DNA from: Mustelus asterias
Lineage: Eukaryota
NCBI RefSeq assembly: GCF_964213995.1
Contig: NW_027590151.1
Coordinates: forward strand, 682,001 to 746,000
Direction: 5' to 3'
Length of the DNA stretch: 64,000 bases
The translations under genes and the position numbers were made by a program. Of the stretch, positions 24,718 to 37,554 are shown piece after piece. A model generated the notes under the pieces. That model was not told the DNA's origin, searched no databases, and worked only from the letters and a program-made list of their open reading frames with translations. Position 1 is the first letter of the stretch. Each line of letters starts with the position of its first letter.

Positions 24718-25308
24718 ATGGAGAAACCATGGAAATGTGGGGACTGTGGGAAGAGATACAGAACCCCATCAGAGCTGGAAGCTCATCGGCGCAGCCACAC
24801 TGGGGAGAGACCATTTACTTGCTCTCAGTGTGGGAAGGGATTCAGTCAGTTATCCCACCTGCAGACACACCAGCGAGTTCACACTGGAGAGAGGCTGTTC
24901 ACCTGCTCTCAGTGTGGGAAGGGATTCTGTCAGTTATCCAGCCTGCAGAGACACCAGCGAGTTCACACTGGGGAGAGGCCCTTCACCTGCTCTCAGTGTG
25001 AGAAGGGGTTCAGTCAATTATCTAATCTGCAGAGACACCAGCGAGTTCACACTGGGGAGAGACCGTTCACCTGCTCTCAGTGTGGGAAGGGGTTCAGTCA
25101 ATTATCTGACCTGCAGACGCACCAGCGAGTTCACACTGGGGAGAGGCCGTTCACCTGCTCTCAGTGTGGGAAGAGATTCGCTCAGTTATCCAGCCTGCGG
25201 ATACACCAGCGAGTTCACACTGGGGAGAGACCATTCACCTGCTCTCAGTGTGGGAAGGGATTCAGAGTTTCATCCCACCTGCTGAGACACCAAAACGCTC
25301 ATGAGTGA
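24718..25308 (+). CDS. C2H2 zinc-finger protein, 7 fingers (gene D)
   Basis: caccATGG Kozak start, MEKPWKC, intact to HQNAHE*. Confidence 0.9.
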   Translation: MEKPWKCGDCGKRYRTPSELEAHRRSHTGERPFTCSQCGKGFSQLSHLQTHQRVHTGERLFTCSQCGKGFCQLSSLQRHQRVHTGERPFTCSQCEKGFSQLSNLQRHQRVHTGERPFTCSQCGKGFSQLSDLQTHQRVHTGERPFTCSQCGKRFAQLSSLRIHQRVHTGERPFTCSQCGKGFRVSSHLLRHQNAHE

Positions 25309-25564
25309 TTCCAGGGGTTGGATTCTGCTGTTATTGTTTCTGCTCTCAATTACATCCAGGACTGCATTTTGTTCATTCTCACAGTTGGTCAATGGGGAGG
25401 GTCGGAGGGTTTCTTTCTGCTGGACTGGCCGGTCTCATGACTTTGCCTCCAGTGGGCTGATGCTGTTTGAGTCTTGTTGTGAATATCTGCTTTCAGATTT
25501 CACAAGGATCACAGAGTGACCGGGTGTTAGGAAGTTCAGAGATATTTAATCAGCATTTCTGTTT

Positions 25565-25865
25565 GAAACCTCCCAAATGTCCATCCAATTTCCTTTGTAA
25601 TTGTTTATTGTCTCCACTTCCTCCACCATCGGAGGAAGCGAGTTCCAGCTCATTACCATTCACTGCATCAAAATATTCTTCCTCACATCCCCCCCCTTCC
25701 CCTCTGACCCAAAACCATAAATCTGTGACCCCCCTCATCCTTGTCCCGTCAGCTAATGGGAACAGCTTTGCTTTGTCCACCTTATCTAAACCTGTTAGAA
25801 TCTTGTCCACCTCTGTCAAATCTCCCCTCAGCCTCCTTTGCTCCCAGGGGAACAACCCCAGCCTG
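25565..25865 (-). mobile_element. Old CR1 fragment, paralogous to 5925..6215
   Basis: Translates to LFPWEQRRLRGDLTEVDKILTGLDKVD. Confidence 0.75.
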
Positions 25866-26611
25866 ACATTGACAATAACGAACAAACTAACAGAATATGT
25901 TAATACCTGAAATCAAATGGGAATGTTTAATTTCTGTTTTAAAGAAATCGTGAATATATTGTCCCGTACAATAAAGGGATTTGAATAACTCAGCTTGGGT
26001 GCAGTTGAATGAAATGTATCAATCTCGTATCCACCCACAGTCGAGAGGAAGTGTGGAATGTGTAGCTGGAAATCCCTCCCTAACAGCACTGTGGGTGTAC
26101 TTACACCTTAGGCATTATAGCAGTTCAGGAAGGCAGTGTTGGGGTTGACCATGGCCGAGGCAGCTACATACAGCCACATATTCTGTTATAATTGAAGGAC
26201 TGCAGATTGAATGTGAGGCATTATGGGACTGGACTATCTTGACCACATTCCTGTGACTGCTCAGTTTCTGCAATCGTGAACCATTAAAGCTGCTTAGCAA
26301 AGCCCCGACAGAGGAGCATATTTACTCAGAATGAGTTAGAATTAAACTTATTCCAGGACCGGCTGGTGTTCAGTGGCTGAGATTCCTGAATCTGTAAAAA
26401 GGGGGTCTGACCAATCAACAAACAGTGGTCGGTAGTTAGTTCAGAAGCGTTCTCATGCATTGTTTAAAATATTTTATCATAAATTTGTGATCAGACCTGT
26501 GAGGGACTTGTAACCCAATAGTTGTTGAATTGACGGTAAACTCCAAGTAGCACTGGACTGAAAAGGGGGTCTGACCAAGAAGTGAAGTGATCTCAGGCAT
26601 TGTTTAAATTA

Positions 26612-26945
26612 CATGGCCAACTTCCCCTTTGTGATGTCACGATGGAGCCATCCTTGAATCAGCCAATAGGAATCTCTCTGCTCCGCGGTGACGTCTCCGG
26701 GTTCCAGTGCGCAGGCCCGGGCGCGCGGACCCGGGAGCCCCACCCCCACCCATTGTTCCCCTCCCCCTACACCACATCGAAGCCGCTCGGTGACCTCCCC
26801 CTCCCCCCGGCCCAGGACTGCACATGTCCAAGGGAGAGGGAAGCTGCGCATTGCAGGGGAGAGCCCACCCCCTGACCTTCTTTGGGGTTGACGAACGAGT
26901 TGGAGGACCGGAAGGAGTTTGGCCAATCAGAGCGCGAGCTTTGTG
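26612..26945 (+). promoter_or_regulatory. CpG-rich putative promoter of gene E
   Basis: ETS-like acttcc, CRE-like tgatgtca / tgacgt, CCAAT (agccaatag, ggccaatcag) and tgcgca. A broken homologue lies at 22378-22425. Confidence 0.55.
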
Positions 26946-27109
26946 TGAATGAAGATTGAGCTTCAGACAGACTCAAACTTCCTCCTGTCTCCAACATCTG
27001 GGAGTTGCGGAGCTTTCTCACTGGAGACACCCGGTTTTGTTGTTTCTGCCGAATTGTTGACTTCCAGGAAGAAGGAAGGAAGGAAAGAAGGGGGAAGGAA
27101 GAGAGCTAT

Positions 27110-27255
27110 CGCCTGCCTGCCATCCGGCCTATCTGCCGTCCGGCCTGCCTGCATGCCTGCTGTCTGGCCTGCCTGCCATCCGGCCTGCCTGCCTGCCTGC
27201 CATCCGGCCTGCCTGCCTGCTTGCTGCCGTCCGGCCTGCCTGCCTGCCGTCCGAC
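27110..27255 (+). repeat. (GCCT)n / gccatccg simple repeat
   Basis: Tandem gcct units punctuated by gcc(a/g)tccg. Confidence 0.85.
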
Positions 27256-28011
27256 TACTGGAGGGTGCTCTCTCCCTGGAGGGAGAGAAGACACAGAGAG
27301 AGTTTCTCTTTGTTGTTTTTTCCATCTACAGGAAGGAGGACTTAAACATTTCAACATCAAGGGACTGAGTGGCTGGGCTGGTGCCCTCATCATCAGAAGG
27401 TCGGTGCCTGAAAGGGAGGGGGGAGGAATATTAAGACTGTTTTCCATCTGCAGGGGTGGGGGTGAAGACACCCTGGACTTAAACTGTTGTGCCCAAGAGC
27501 GCTGAAGGAGCAAAGTCCCCCTACCCACTGCTGCTGCCCCCAACACCGGCACCCCCCCTCCTGACTGGGGCACCGGCCCTCCTCAGTGCCCTGTCCATCG
27601 TCCTCCCTCCTGCTCCTCCAACCTCCTCTCTCTCTCTCTAACTCCGGGGAGTGAGCAACTGAACCCCCACCCACCTACCCCATCCTCCCGTATTTCCCTC
27701 TCTGATCTCGCCTTGCCACCTGGGCAGAGACGCCCATTACCTATCCCACCTACTACTAGAGAATTCATTCCCTGTTTTGTCAGTGGCAGAAAATTTCACA
27801 ATTCAATGTGACAGAAAGAGAACTGAGACACACACACACACACCCGAGTGAGAGTGCTCCAGTGAACTGACTGTGGATAGAGCTTTAAACAGTTATACAG
27901 CCTGAAAAACATTACACCATTCACAGTGGGGAGAAACCATACACATGGTCTGTATGTGGATGAGGCTTCAACTAATCATCCAGCCTGGAGAGACAGAAGG
28001 ATACCAGCACC

Positions 28012-29002
28012 GTGGACAAACCGTGGAAATATGAGGATTGTGGTAAAGGATTCAATTATCCATCCCGGTTGGAAACCCATCGACATGGTCACATTGGGGC
28101 TGGGAAAATGGAGAAACCATGGAAATGTGATGATTGTGGTAAAGGATTCAATTATCCGTACTTGCTGGAAAACCATAGACACAGTCACACTGGAGAGAGG
28201 CCATTCATCTGTTCTGTGTGTGGGAAAGGATTCACTACCTCATCCCACCTGCTGTTACACCAGCGAATTCACACTGAGGAGAGGCCGTTCAGCTGCTCCA
28301 CCTGTGGAAAGGGGTTCTCATGTTCATCCAACCTCAGTGCACATCAGCGAGTTCACACTGGGGAGACATTGTTCACCTGCTCCTTGTGTGGGAAGGAGTT
28401 TGCTGGGCCATCCGGTCTTTGGTCACACCAGCGAATTCACACAGGAGAGAAGCCATTCACCTGTTCTGTCTGTGATAAGAGATTCACTCTGTCATCTAAC
28501 CTGCTGTCACACCAGCGGGTTCACACAGAGGAGAGACCGTTCAGCTGCACTTCCTGTGGAAAGAGGTTCAGGTCTTCATCCAACCTCAGTGCACACAAGC
28601 GAGTTCACACTGGGGAAAGGCCGTTCACCTGTTCCACGTGTGGGAGGGAATTCACCAATTCATCCGGCCTCCTGTCACATCAGCGAATTCACACTGAGGA
28701 GAAGCCATTTGTTTGCACATACTGTGGAAAGAGTTTCAGGCAGTTATCAATCCTCACTGCACATCAACACACACACTGGGGAGAGACCATTCACTTGCTC
28801 CATGTGTGGGAAGGGATTCACTCAGTCTGGCAGCCTGCATTTACATGAGCTCAGCCACACTGGGGAGAGGCCATTCACCTGCTCTGTGTGTGGGAAGGGA
28901 TACACTCAGTCATCCCACTTGCTGACACATCTGCAAGTTCACAATTGCCTGCAGGAGTTGGATTTTGCAGTTACTGCAGCTGTTAATCACATCCAGGATT
29001 GA
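28012..29002 (+). CDS. C2H2 ZNF gene E, about 11 fingers, with a 2-bp frameshift near 28770
   Basis: ORF 28012..28848 (GTG; first ATG at 28108). The fingers continue in ORF 27926..29002, ending CLQELDFAVTAAVNHIQD*. Confidence 0.75.
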
Positions 29003-29188
29003 TAGTCTGACAATATTTGGTTTGTTTCTGCTGACATTAACAATCGCTACAACTGGCTGAAGTTTAATGTTCTGAAATGTCACTGATTTTCAGGGCTGCT
29101 GTGTCCCTTTTTAAAAGCACCATCTGTGATTTTTTTAAATTCAGGAACTCTCAACAGGACCCGGCACTGCACTGGCAAAGATATTCAT

Positions 29189-29770
29189 AGTAAGAGATTT
29201 AACAGCACCAGGTTAAAGTCCAACAGGTTTATTTGGTAGCAAATACAATTGGCTTTCGGAGCGCTGCCCCTTCGTCAGATGGAGTGGAAATCTGCTCTCA
29301 AACAGGGCACAGAGACACAAAATCAAGTTACAGAATACTGATTAGAATGTGAATCTCTACAGCCAACCAGGTCTTAAAGATACAGACAACGTGAGTGGAG
29401 GGAGCATTAAGCACAGGTTAAAGAGATGGAGGGAGCATAAAGCACAGGTTAAAGAGATGTGTATTGTCTCCAGACAGGACAGCCAGTGAGATTTTGCAAG
29501 TCCAGGCAAGCTGTGGGGGTTACTGATAGTGTGACATAAACCCAACATCCCGGTTTAGGCCGTCCTCATGTGTGCGGAACTTGGCTATCAGTTTCTGCTC
29601 AGTGACTCTGCGCTGTCGTGTGTCGTGAAGGCCGCCTTGGAGAATGCTTACCCGAAGATCAGAGGCTGAATGCCCGTGACCGCTGAAGTGCTCCCCCACA
29701 GGAAGAGAACAGTCTTGCCTGGTGATTGTTGAGCGGTGTTCATTCATCCGTTGCCGTAGAATCTGCATGG
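29189..29770 (-). mobile_element. Penelope-like element 3' end (GIY-YIG C-terminus plus pseudo-LTR)
   Basis: ORF LRQRMNEHRSTI...GLNRDVGFMSHY; hammerhead core at 29246-29282. Confidence 0.85.
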
Positions 29771-30224
29771 TGCTGGCAGCTAATTAGTGGAAAGTATTAC
29801 TTGTGTAACCACGACATAGTCGCAGAATGAAACAGAATAGTGTTCCCTCTGTATTGTGCAGCCTTGTGATTGTGCTAAAGGCCATCACTTTCAGATCTGA
29901 TAAGTGCCTGGGTCAAGGTCAAATTACCCCAGAAAGGGACATTTTCTCTCAAATCTGAAGCAACAGGTTAAACAAATCATTTCACACTGAAACACATCTT
30001 CAACGTTGCGGTAGTTTGTTCAGTTACAGACTTGGTGGTCACGTGACTCTGGTTTTCGCATTCCTGTGCCTCATTGGAGGGATTCCTCACATGAGCCGAG
30101 TTTGAGGAGAGTATCTCTGGCCTCCAGTGATGCAGCCGCTGAATCTATTCCTGGAAAAAACACATTTGGAATATTGTGATAATGCTGTCTGAATCCATCA
30201 GGACAATTTTGTATTCAAGTGTGG

Positions 30225-31725
30225 AGGGGATAATGTTCACTGTTTTATATTCGGGTCTGGGGGGGATAATGTTCACTGTTTTATATTTGGGTCTGGGGGG
30301 GATAATGTTCACTGTTTTATATTCGGGTCTGGGGGGGATAATGTTCACTGTTTTATATTCGGGTCTGGGGGGATAATATTCACTGTTTTATATTCGGGTC
30401 TGGGGGATAATGTTCACTGTTTTATATTCGGGTCTGGGGGATAATGTTCACTGTTTTATATTCGGGTCTGGGGGGGATAATGTTCACTGTTTTATATTCG
30501 GGTCTGGGGGATAATGTTCACTGTTTTATATTCGGGTCTGGGGGGGATAATGTTCACTGTTTTATATTCGGGTCTGGGGGATAATGTTCACTGTTTTATA
30601 TTCGGGTCTGGGGGGGATAATGTTCACTGTTTTATATTCGGGTCTGGGGGATAATGTTCACTGTTTTATATTCGGGTCTGGGGTGATAATGTTCACTTTT
30701 ATATTCGGGTCTGGGGGGGATAATGTTCACTGTTTTATATTCGGGTCTGGGGGGGATAATGTTCACTGTTTTATATTCGGGTCTGGGGGGGGATAATGTT
30801 CACTGTTTTATATTCGGGTCTGGGGGATAATATTCACTGTTTTATATTCGGGTCTGGGGGGGATAATGTTCACTGTTTTATATTCGGGTCTGGGGGGGAT
30901 AATGTTCACTGTTTTATATTCGGGTCTGGGGGGGATAATGTTCACTGTTTTATATTCGGGTCTGGGGGGGGATAATGTTCACTGTTTTATATTCGGGTCT
31001 GGGGGATAATGTTCACTGTTTTATATTCGGGTCTGGGGGGGATAATGTTCACTGTTTTATATTCGGGTCTGGGGGGGGGATAATGTTCACTGTTTTATAT
31101 TCGGGTCTGGGGAGGATAATGTTCACTGTTTTATATTCGGGTCTGGGGGGGGATAATGTTCACTGTTTTATATTCGGGTGGGGGGGGGATAATGTTCACT
31201 GTTTTATATTCGGGTCTGGGGGATAATGTTCACTGTTTTATATTCGGGTCTGGGGGATAATGTTCACTGTTTTATATTCGGGTTGGGGGGGGATAATGTT
31301 CACTGTTTTATATTTGGGTCTGGGGGATAATGTTCACTGTTTTATATTCAGGTCTGTGGGGGGGAGAATGTTCATTGTTTTATATTCGGGTCGGGGGAAT
31401 AATGTTCACTGTTTTATATTTGGGTCTGGGGGGATAGTGTTCATTGTTTTATATTTGGGTCGGGGGAATAATGTTCACTGTTTTATATTCGGGTCTGGGG
31501 GGATAATGTTCACTGTTTTATATTCGGGTCTGGGGGATAATGTTCATTGTTTTATATTTGGGTCTGGGAGGTACAATGTTCACTGTTTTATATTCAGGTC
31601 TGGGGGGATAATGTTCACTGTTTTATATTGGGTCGAGGGGATAATGTTTGCTATTTTATATTCAGGTCTGCGGGGAGAATGTTCACTACTTTATATTCGG
31701 GTCTGGGAGATAATGTTCACTGTCT
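30225..31725 (+). repeat. Minisatellite, about 40 copies of a 34-38-bp unit
   Basis: ATAATGTTCACTGTTTTATATTCGGGTCT plus a variable G-run; degenerate after ~31270. Confidence 0.95.
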
Positions 31726-32481
31726 GGGGTTTGTTAGCTCGGGTTCATTCTGCCTACTGTGCATTCTCGGTTGTCAGAGCTCTCATTAAAAGCTCTAATT
31801 TCCAGTCAGTGACTGAGTTGTCTCTGATGGGATGGGGAATCAGAGTGGGGTTAATGTGCTCATGAACAGCGATGAGTTGGAATGAGTATAAAATAAACCC
31901 GGACTACACCAGGTAATTGTGAGAACATTAAAACCATCACAAAAAATCATAGCATCATGTTGGAAAACAGAATACTTTGGCTCAATCTTTGATCAATTTT
32001 GTTTGATTCAATATTGTGAGTGGCTTGTTGGATTGCTGGTTATTTTCTAATGGCAACTCAGCACCATCATTTTGACCATAAACTCGGCCCCGGTGACTGC
32101 TGCATTTTTCCAGCACCTTCTGTTTTAATTTTAAGTGGAACATTAATATCTGCTTAGTACACAGGCCAATTTATCTTTCTAGGGGTGAGTGTGTCTGAGA
32201 GGTATGCAACTGGAAAACATTTTCCATTCACCTCTTGCATTGCTGCAGTATATATACATTGTTCTCACTCTGCCGGCAGGGCTGTGGGATTAATTGGATC
32301 GATCTTAAAGACAGCCCGACTGGGCAGGACGAGCCAAATGGTTTCCATCTGTGATGTATCATTCCATAAAACAGAATATTCAGCATCAGGAGAAAGAAAG
32401 TGAAAGAAACCAGTCTCTGTGGGCTTTACCCAACCAGTGTGAGCACCTTCAGGAGAGCAGAGAGAGAGGGGGGAGGAAACA

Positions 32482-33300
32482 GTGGCGGAGAAGTGGCAGA
32501 TGGACTTCAACCCGGATAAGTGTGTGGTGATCCATTTTGGCAGATCCAATGGGATGAAGCAGCAGTATAATATGAAGGGTACCATTCTTAGCAGTGTAGA
32601 GGATCAGAAGGACCTTGGGGTCCGGGTCCATAGGACTCTTAAATCGGCTTCGCAGGTGGAGGATGCGGTCAAGAAGGCGTACGGCGTACTGGCCTTCATT
32701 AATCGAGGGATTGAGTTTAGGAGTCGGGAGATAATGCTGCAGCTTTATAGGACCCTGGTTAGACCCCACTTGGAGTACTGCGCGCAGTTCTGGTCACCTC
32801 ATTACAGGAAAGATGTTGAAGCCATTGAAAGGGTGCAGAGGAGATTTACAAGGATGTTGCCTGGATTGGGGGGCATGCCTTATGAGGATAGGTTGAGGGA
32901 GCTTGGTCTCTTCTCCCTGGAGAGACGAAGGATGAGAGGTGACCTGATAGAGGTTTACAAGATGTTGAGAGGTCTGGATAGGGTAGACTCTCAGAGGCTA
33001 TTTCCAAGGGCTGAAATGGTTGCTACGAGAGGACACAGGTTTAAGGTGCTGGGGGGTAGGTACAGAGGAGATGTCAGGGGTAAGTTTTTCACTCAGAGGG
33101 TGGTGGGTGAGTGGAATCGGCTGACGTCGGTGGTGGTGGAGGCAAACTCGTTGGGGTCTTTTAAGAGACTTCTGGATGAGTACATGGGATTTAATGGGAT
33201 TGAGGGCTATAGATAGGCCTAGAGGTGGGGATGTGATCGGCGCAACTTGTGGGCCGAAGGGCCTGTTTGTGCTGTGGCTTTCTATGTTCTATGTTCTATG
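32482..33300 (+). mobile_element. Young 5'-truncated CR1 LINE
   Basis: Uninterrupted 244-aa ORF2 C-terminus, (ttctatg)x3 tail and imperfect TSD gaaac(c)agtgg. Confidence 0.9.
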
Positions 33301-33529
33301 AAACCAGTGGGAAAGGTTTTAAAAACTCAGGGTATTCCCAAAGGAGAGCACTGGTTTAAATCAGTTTTAGAAATGGAGAATGGCAGCGCACAAATTCCGA
33401 GGAATGCATTTTTAAAAATTATTTGATCCTAATTGCACAAGATAATTTTCTATTATTGACTTTGACAATGACGCCGTTAATTCCCAGGTGCCCCTGCGGG
33501 TATGAACGTGTCCTATTCATTCCACAGGA

Positions 33530-33750
33530 GCCCATTGCGCAGGCGCGATGCTATATCTGGAGCGTGCGCAGTGTCACTTTGCCCGGAGCCCTATGAATGC
33601 GGGAGCCGCTTTTTTCAGCGGGTGAGTCGGTGGGGCTGCGGGAGAAATGGAGCCGGGAGTCGTGGTAGGGAGGGAGCTCTGGCTTCACAAACACCCGCTG
33701 TAGGCCGCACGGCCCGAATGGGACCCTGCAGGTCCCGGGTTTACAGCTCC
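33530..33750 (+). promoter_or_regulatory. CpG-rich putative promoter and first exon of gene F
   Basis: NRF1-like tgcgcaggcgc and gcgtgcgca, a cgg|gtgagt donor and high CpG density. Confidence 0.5.
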
Positions 33751-33995
33751 CAGGCTTTAATCTCGGGAAGAAGTTTAACAACACCAGGTTAAAGTCCAAC
33801 AGGTTTATTTGGTTGCAAAAGCCACACAAGCCACACTACCAAATAAACCTGTTGGACTTTAACCTGGTGTTGTTAAACTTCTTACTGTCTTTACCCCGCC
33901 CAACGCCGGCAACTCCACATCATGACTTTAATCTCGGGAAGAAGTTTAACAACACCTGGTTAAAGTCCAACAGGTTTATTTGGTAGCAAAAGCCT

Positions 33996-34032
33996 CACAA
34001 GCTTTCGGAGCCCCAAGCCCCTTCTTCAGGTG
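33996..34032 (-). ncRNA. Minimal type I hammerhead ribozyme (Penelope pseudo-LTR)
   Basis: CAC-CUGAAGA-a-GGGGC-loop-GCUCC-GAAA-GCUU-GUG. Confidence 0.7.
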
Positions 34033-35145
34033 AGTGGGAATTCTGTTCACAAACAGGGCATATAAAGACACAAACTCAATTTATATGAATAATGGTTGGA
34101 ATGCGAATACTTACAGCTAATCAAGTCTTTAAGATACAAACAATGTGAGTGGAGAGAGCATCAAGACAGGCTAAAGAGATGTGTATTGTCTCCAGACAGG
34201 ACAGCCAGTGAAACTCTGCAGGTCCAGGCAGGCTGTGGGGATTACAAATAGTGTGACATGAACCCAATATCCCGGTTGAGGCCGTCCTCATGTGTGCGGA
34301 ACTTGGCTATCAGTTTCTGCTCAGCGACTCTGCGCTGTCATGTGTCGTGAAGGCCGCCTTGGAGAACGCTTAGCCAAATATCAGAGGCCGAATGTCCGTG
34401 ACCGCTCAAGTGCTCCCCAACAGGTAGAGAACAGTCTACCTGTTCTCCAACAGACCATTGTCCGCAGCAAACTACCCAGCCTTCAGGAGAACAGTGACCA
34501 TGACACCACACAACCCTGCCACAGCAACCTCTGCAAGACGGGCCGGATCATCGACACGGATGCCATCATCTCACGTGAGAACACCATCCACCAGGTACAC
34601 GGTACATACTCTTGCAACTCGGCCAACGTTGTCTACCTGATACGCTGCAGGAAAGGATGTCCCGAGGCATGGTACATTGGGGAAACCATGCAGATGCTAC
34701 GACAACGGATGAATGAACACCGCTCGACAATCACCAGGCAAGACTGTTCTCTTCCTGTGGGGGAGCACTTCAGCAGTCACGGGCATTCAGCCTTGGATCT
34801 TCAGGTAAGCGTTCTCCAAGGCGGCCTTCACGACACACGACAGCGCAGAGTCGCTGAGCAGAAACTGATAGCCAAGTTCCGCACACATGAGGACGGCCTA
34901 AACCGGAATGTTGGATTTATGTCACATTATCAGTAACCCCCACAGCTTGCCTCCTGATCTTGCAGAATCTTACAAGCTGTTCTGTCTGGAGACAATACGC
35001 ATCTCTTTAACCTGTGTTTAATGTTCCCTCCACCCACATTATCTGTACCTTTAAGACCTGGCTGGCTGTAGAGATTTACATTCTAATTAGTATTCTGTAA
35101 CTTGATGTTGTGTCTCTGTGCACTTTTGGAGAACAGATTTTCACT

Positions 35146-35182
35146 CCATCTGACGAAGGAGCAGTGCTCCGAAAGCTTATGG
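35146..35182 (+). ncRNA. Minimal type I hammerhead ribozyme (Penelope pseudo-LTR)
   Basis: CCAU-CUGACGA-a-GGAGC-agu-GCUCC-GAAA-GCUU-AUGG: stem I, stem II, intact core and palindromic AGCU stem III. Confidence 0.75.
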
Positions 35183-35863
35183 TATTTGCTACCAAATAAA
35201 CCTGTTGGACTTTAACCTGGTGTTGTGAGACTTCTTACTGTGCTTACCCCAGTCCAACGCCGGCATCTCCACATCCAGGACAGGAAGCAGTGAGCATGGA
35301 TCTGTGAATCAGCCTCAATCAGCACCTTCAGGAGAATTGGGAGGGTGAATATTAGATACAGCAGAGTGAGAATGGAGGGAGAGTGTGTGGGATGGAGATT
35401 TACAGCTTTTTGGGACTGAAATAGGAAAGAATGTTCCATAGAAACTAGAATTGTCTGTTCTGACTTTCTATCCTGTACTGACACTGATGACTTTTGTAAA
35501 TTCATTTTACAGGATATTGAAAGAGGAATCACAGACCGAAATCTCAAACTTCACGTCTAGATCTGACAGAGTCATATTCCTTGGGAGCTGAATATCATCG
35601 GACTTTGAATCTCGAAGGAGAAATGATTGTCCAGTTTGTCGATTTGAAAAGAGTTCGACCATCAGTGTGACGGGAAAAGCACCAACACACTGCCACACTC
35701 GAGTGAGAGTGTTCTAGTGCTCGGACTAAAGAGCTTTAACTAGTTACACCGCCTGAATAAATATCACACCATTCACAGCGGGGAGAGACTGTACCCGTGC
35801 TGTGTGTGTGGACGAGGCTTCAACTGATTGTCCACCCAAGACAGAGGTCAGGACACCTGCACC

Positions 35864-36530
35864 ATGGAGAAACCATGGAAATGTGTGGAAGAGATACAGA
35901 TCCCAATCTCAGCTGGAAGCTCATCGGCGCAGTCACACTGGGGAGAGGCCATTCACTTGCACTCAGTGTGGGGAGGGATTCAGTCATTTATGCAGCCTGC
36001 TGACACACCAGCGAGTTCACACTGGGGAGAGGCTGTTCACCTGCTCTCAGTGTGGGAAGGGATTCACTTGTTCATCCCACCTGCGGAGGCACCAGCGAGT
36101 TCACACGGCAGAGAGACCATTTACATGTCCTCAGTGTGGGAAGGGATTCACTTGTTCATCCCACCTGCAGACACACCAGCGAGTTCACACTGGGGAGAGG
36201 CCATTCAGCTGCTCTCATTGTGGGAAGGGATTCACTCAGTTATCCAACCTGCGGAAACACCAGCGAGTTCACACTGGGGAGACGCCATTCAGCTGCCCTC
36301 AGTGTGGGGAGGGATTCACTTGTTCATCCAGCCTGCGGAGGCACCAGCGAGTTCACACTGGGGAGAGACCATTCACCTGCTCTGATTGTGGCAAGGGATT
36401 CAGTCAATCATCCAACCTGGTAAAGCACCAGCGAATTCACACTGGGGACAGGCCATTCACCTGCTCCGTGTGTGGGAAGGGATTCACTCAGTCACCTCAC
36501 CTGCTGAAACACCATCATGTTCACGAGTGA
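35864..36530 (+). pseudogene. ZNF gene F, frameshifted in the first finger (7 further intact fingers)
   Basis: caccATGG MEKPWKC, then a deletion moves the fingers into ORF 35802..36530. Confidence 0.7.
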
Positions 36531-37554
36531 CTGCAAGGACTGAATTTTGCTGTTCATCACATCGAGGTCCCAACCATTTTCATCGGTGTCTGTTTCTGCT
36601 GATGTTAATAAAACCCTGGCCCAGTTGTAAGATTTGTATTGTGGATTGTCTTGTCTGAGTCCTGAACTCGGAAATAAAAACAAGAAGTGCTGTAAAAACT
36701 CAGCAGGTCTGACAGCATCTCTGGAGAGAGAAACAGAACTAATGTTTTGACACTGAAGAAGAGTCACATTCAACTGGAAACATTAACTGTTCCTGTCTTT
36801 ACAGATTCTGTCAGACTTACTGAGATTTTGCAGCAACTTCTGCTTTTAGAATGACGGTGAATGCTGGATACATGAATCAGAGACTGGTGTAAAACTGGGA
36901 TCTGCTCCTAAATCAAAGTGAAACAGCAGGTTAAAGTTTCCAGTCTGAAAAGTACTATGGTTGTTATACTATATATACCATTTTAAGGCTGGTTTTAACT
37001 CATTTAAAATAAACCTGTTTAAAATATATTTGTTAAAGTCAGTATTAAAATACGAGTTGGATGAGTTCACAGGAGCTTGTTAACCGCTGGGACAATTATT
37101 CAACAAACATTGTCTGTCCAGATAGAGAAGAAGCTGCAGTTTGTTTGCAGGAATTCCCTGTTTTATTGATGTGTGTGTGTGTTAGACATCAGGATAACTA
37201 AAAATACACAAACCTGGACATCAATGGTGATCTGATTGACAGTTACTCTGGGAATCACTCCCACTGTGAAACTTCAGCACTGACACTGCTGAATTTTGTC
37301 GGCTCAGGGAGTGGGGCCTCTAGGAGTGGACTGTAAAAAAGCTGGGTTTCAGTATCCTGACTAATATATGGTGAGGAACCAGAAAAATCCTTACTGAGGA
37401 ACTGCCTGGGGTTTTACCAGTGTAGGTTCAGGGGCGAATGATTCCTGACTCCCTGAAATGTCTGATATTGAACCCAGTTTGGAACAAGATTCATTCAGTT
37501 TCCAGGAGAATAGAGACAAATATCACCCACAACTGAGAGAGAGAAAAACAGCCA

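Larger units (their letters stand above)
33768..35275. mobile_element. Penelope-like element with inverted arrangement: a small hairpin copy, a (-) arm and a (+) arm encoding GIY-YIG
   Basis: ORF 34292..34936 contains NVVYLIRCRKGCPEAWYIGET (GIY-YIG); 33939-34437 is an inverted homologue of the right arm. Confidence 0.9.

Noticed and set aside
26949-27573. Overlapping PAC/QAG-repeat ORFs
   Set aside because: Translations of the (GCCT)n simple repeat.
30225-31725. CRISPR-like regular repeats
   Set aside because: No unique spacers (only G-runs), no cas genes, and a vertebrate context.
31260-31865. 201-aa MFTVLYSG-repeat ORF
   Set aside because: Translation of the minisatellite.
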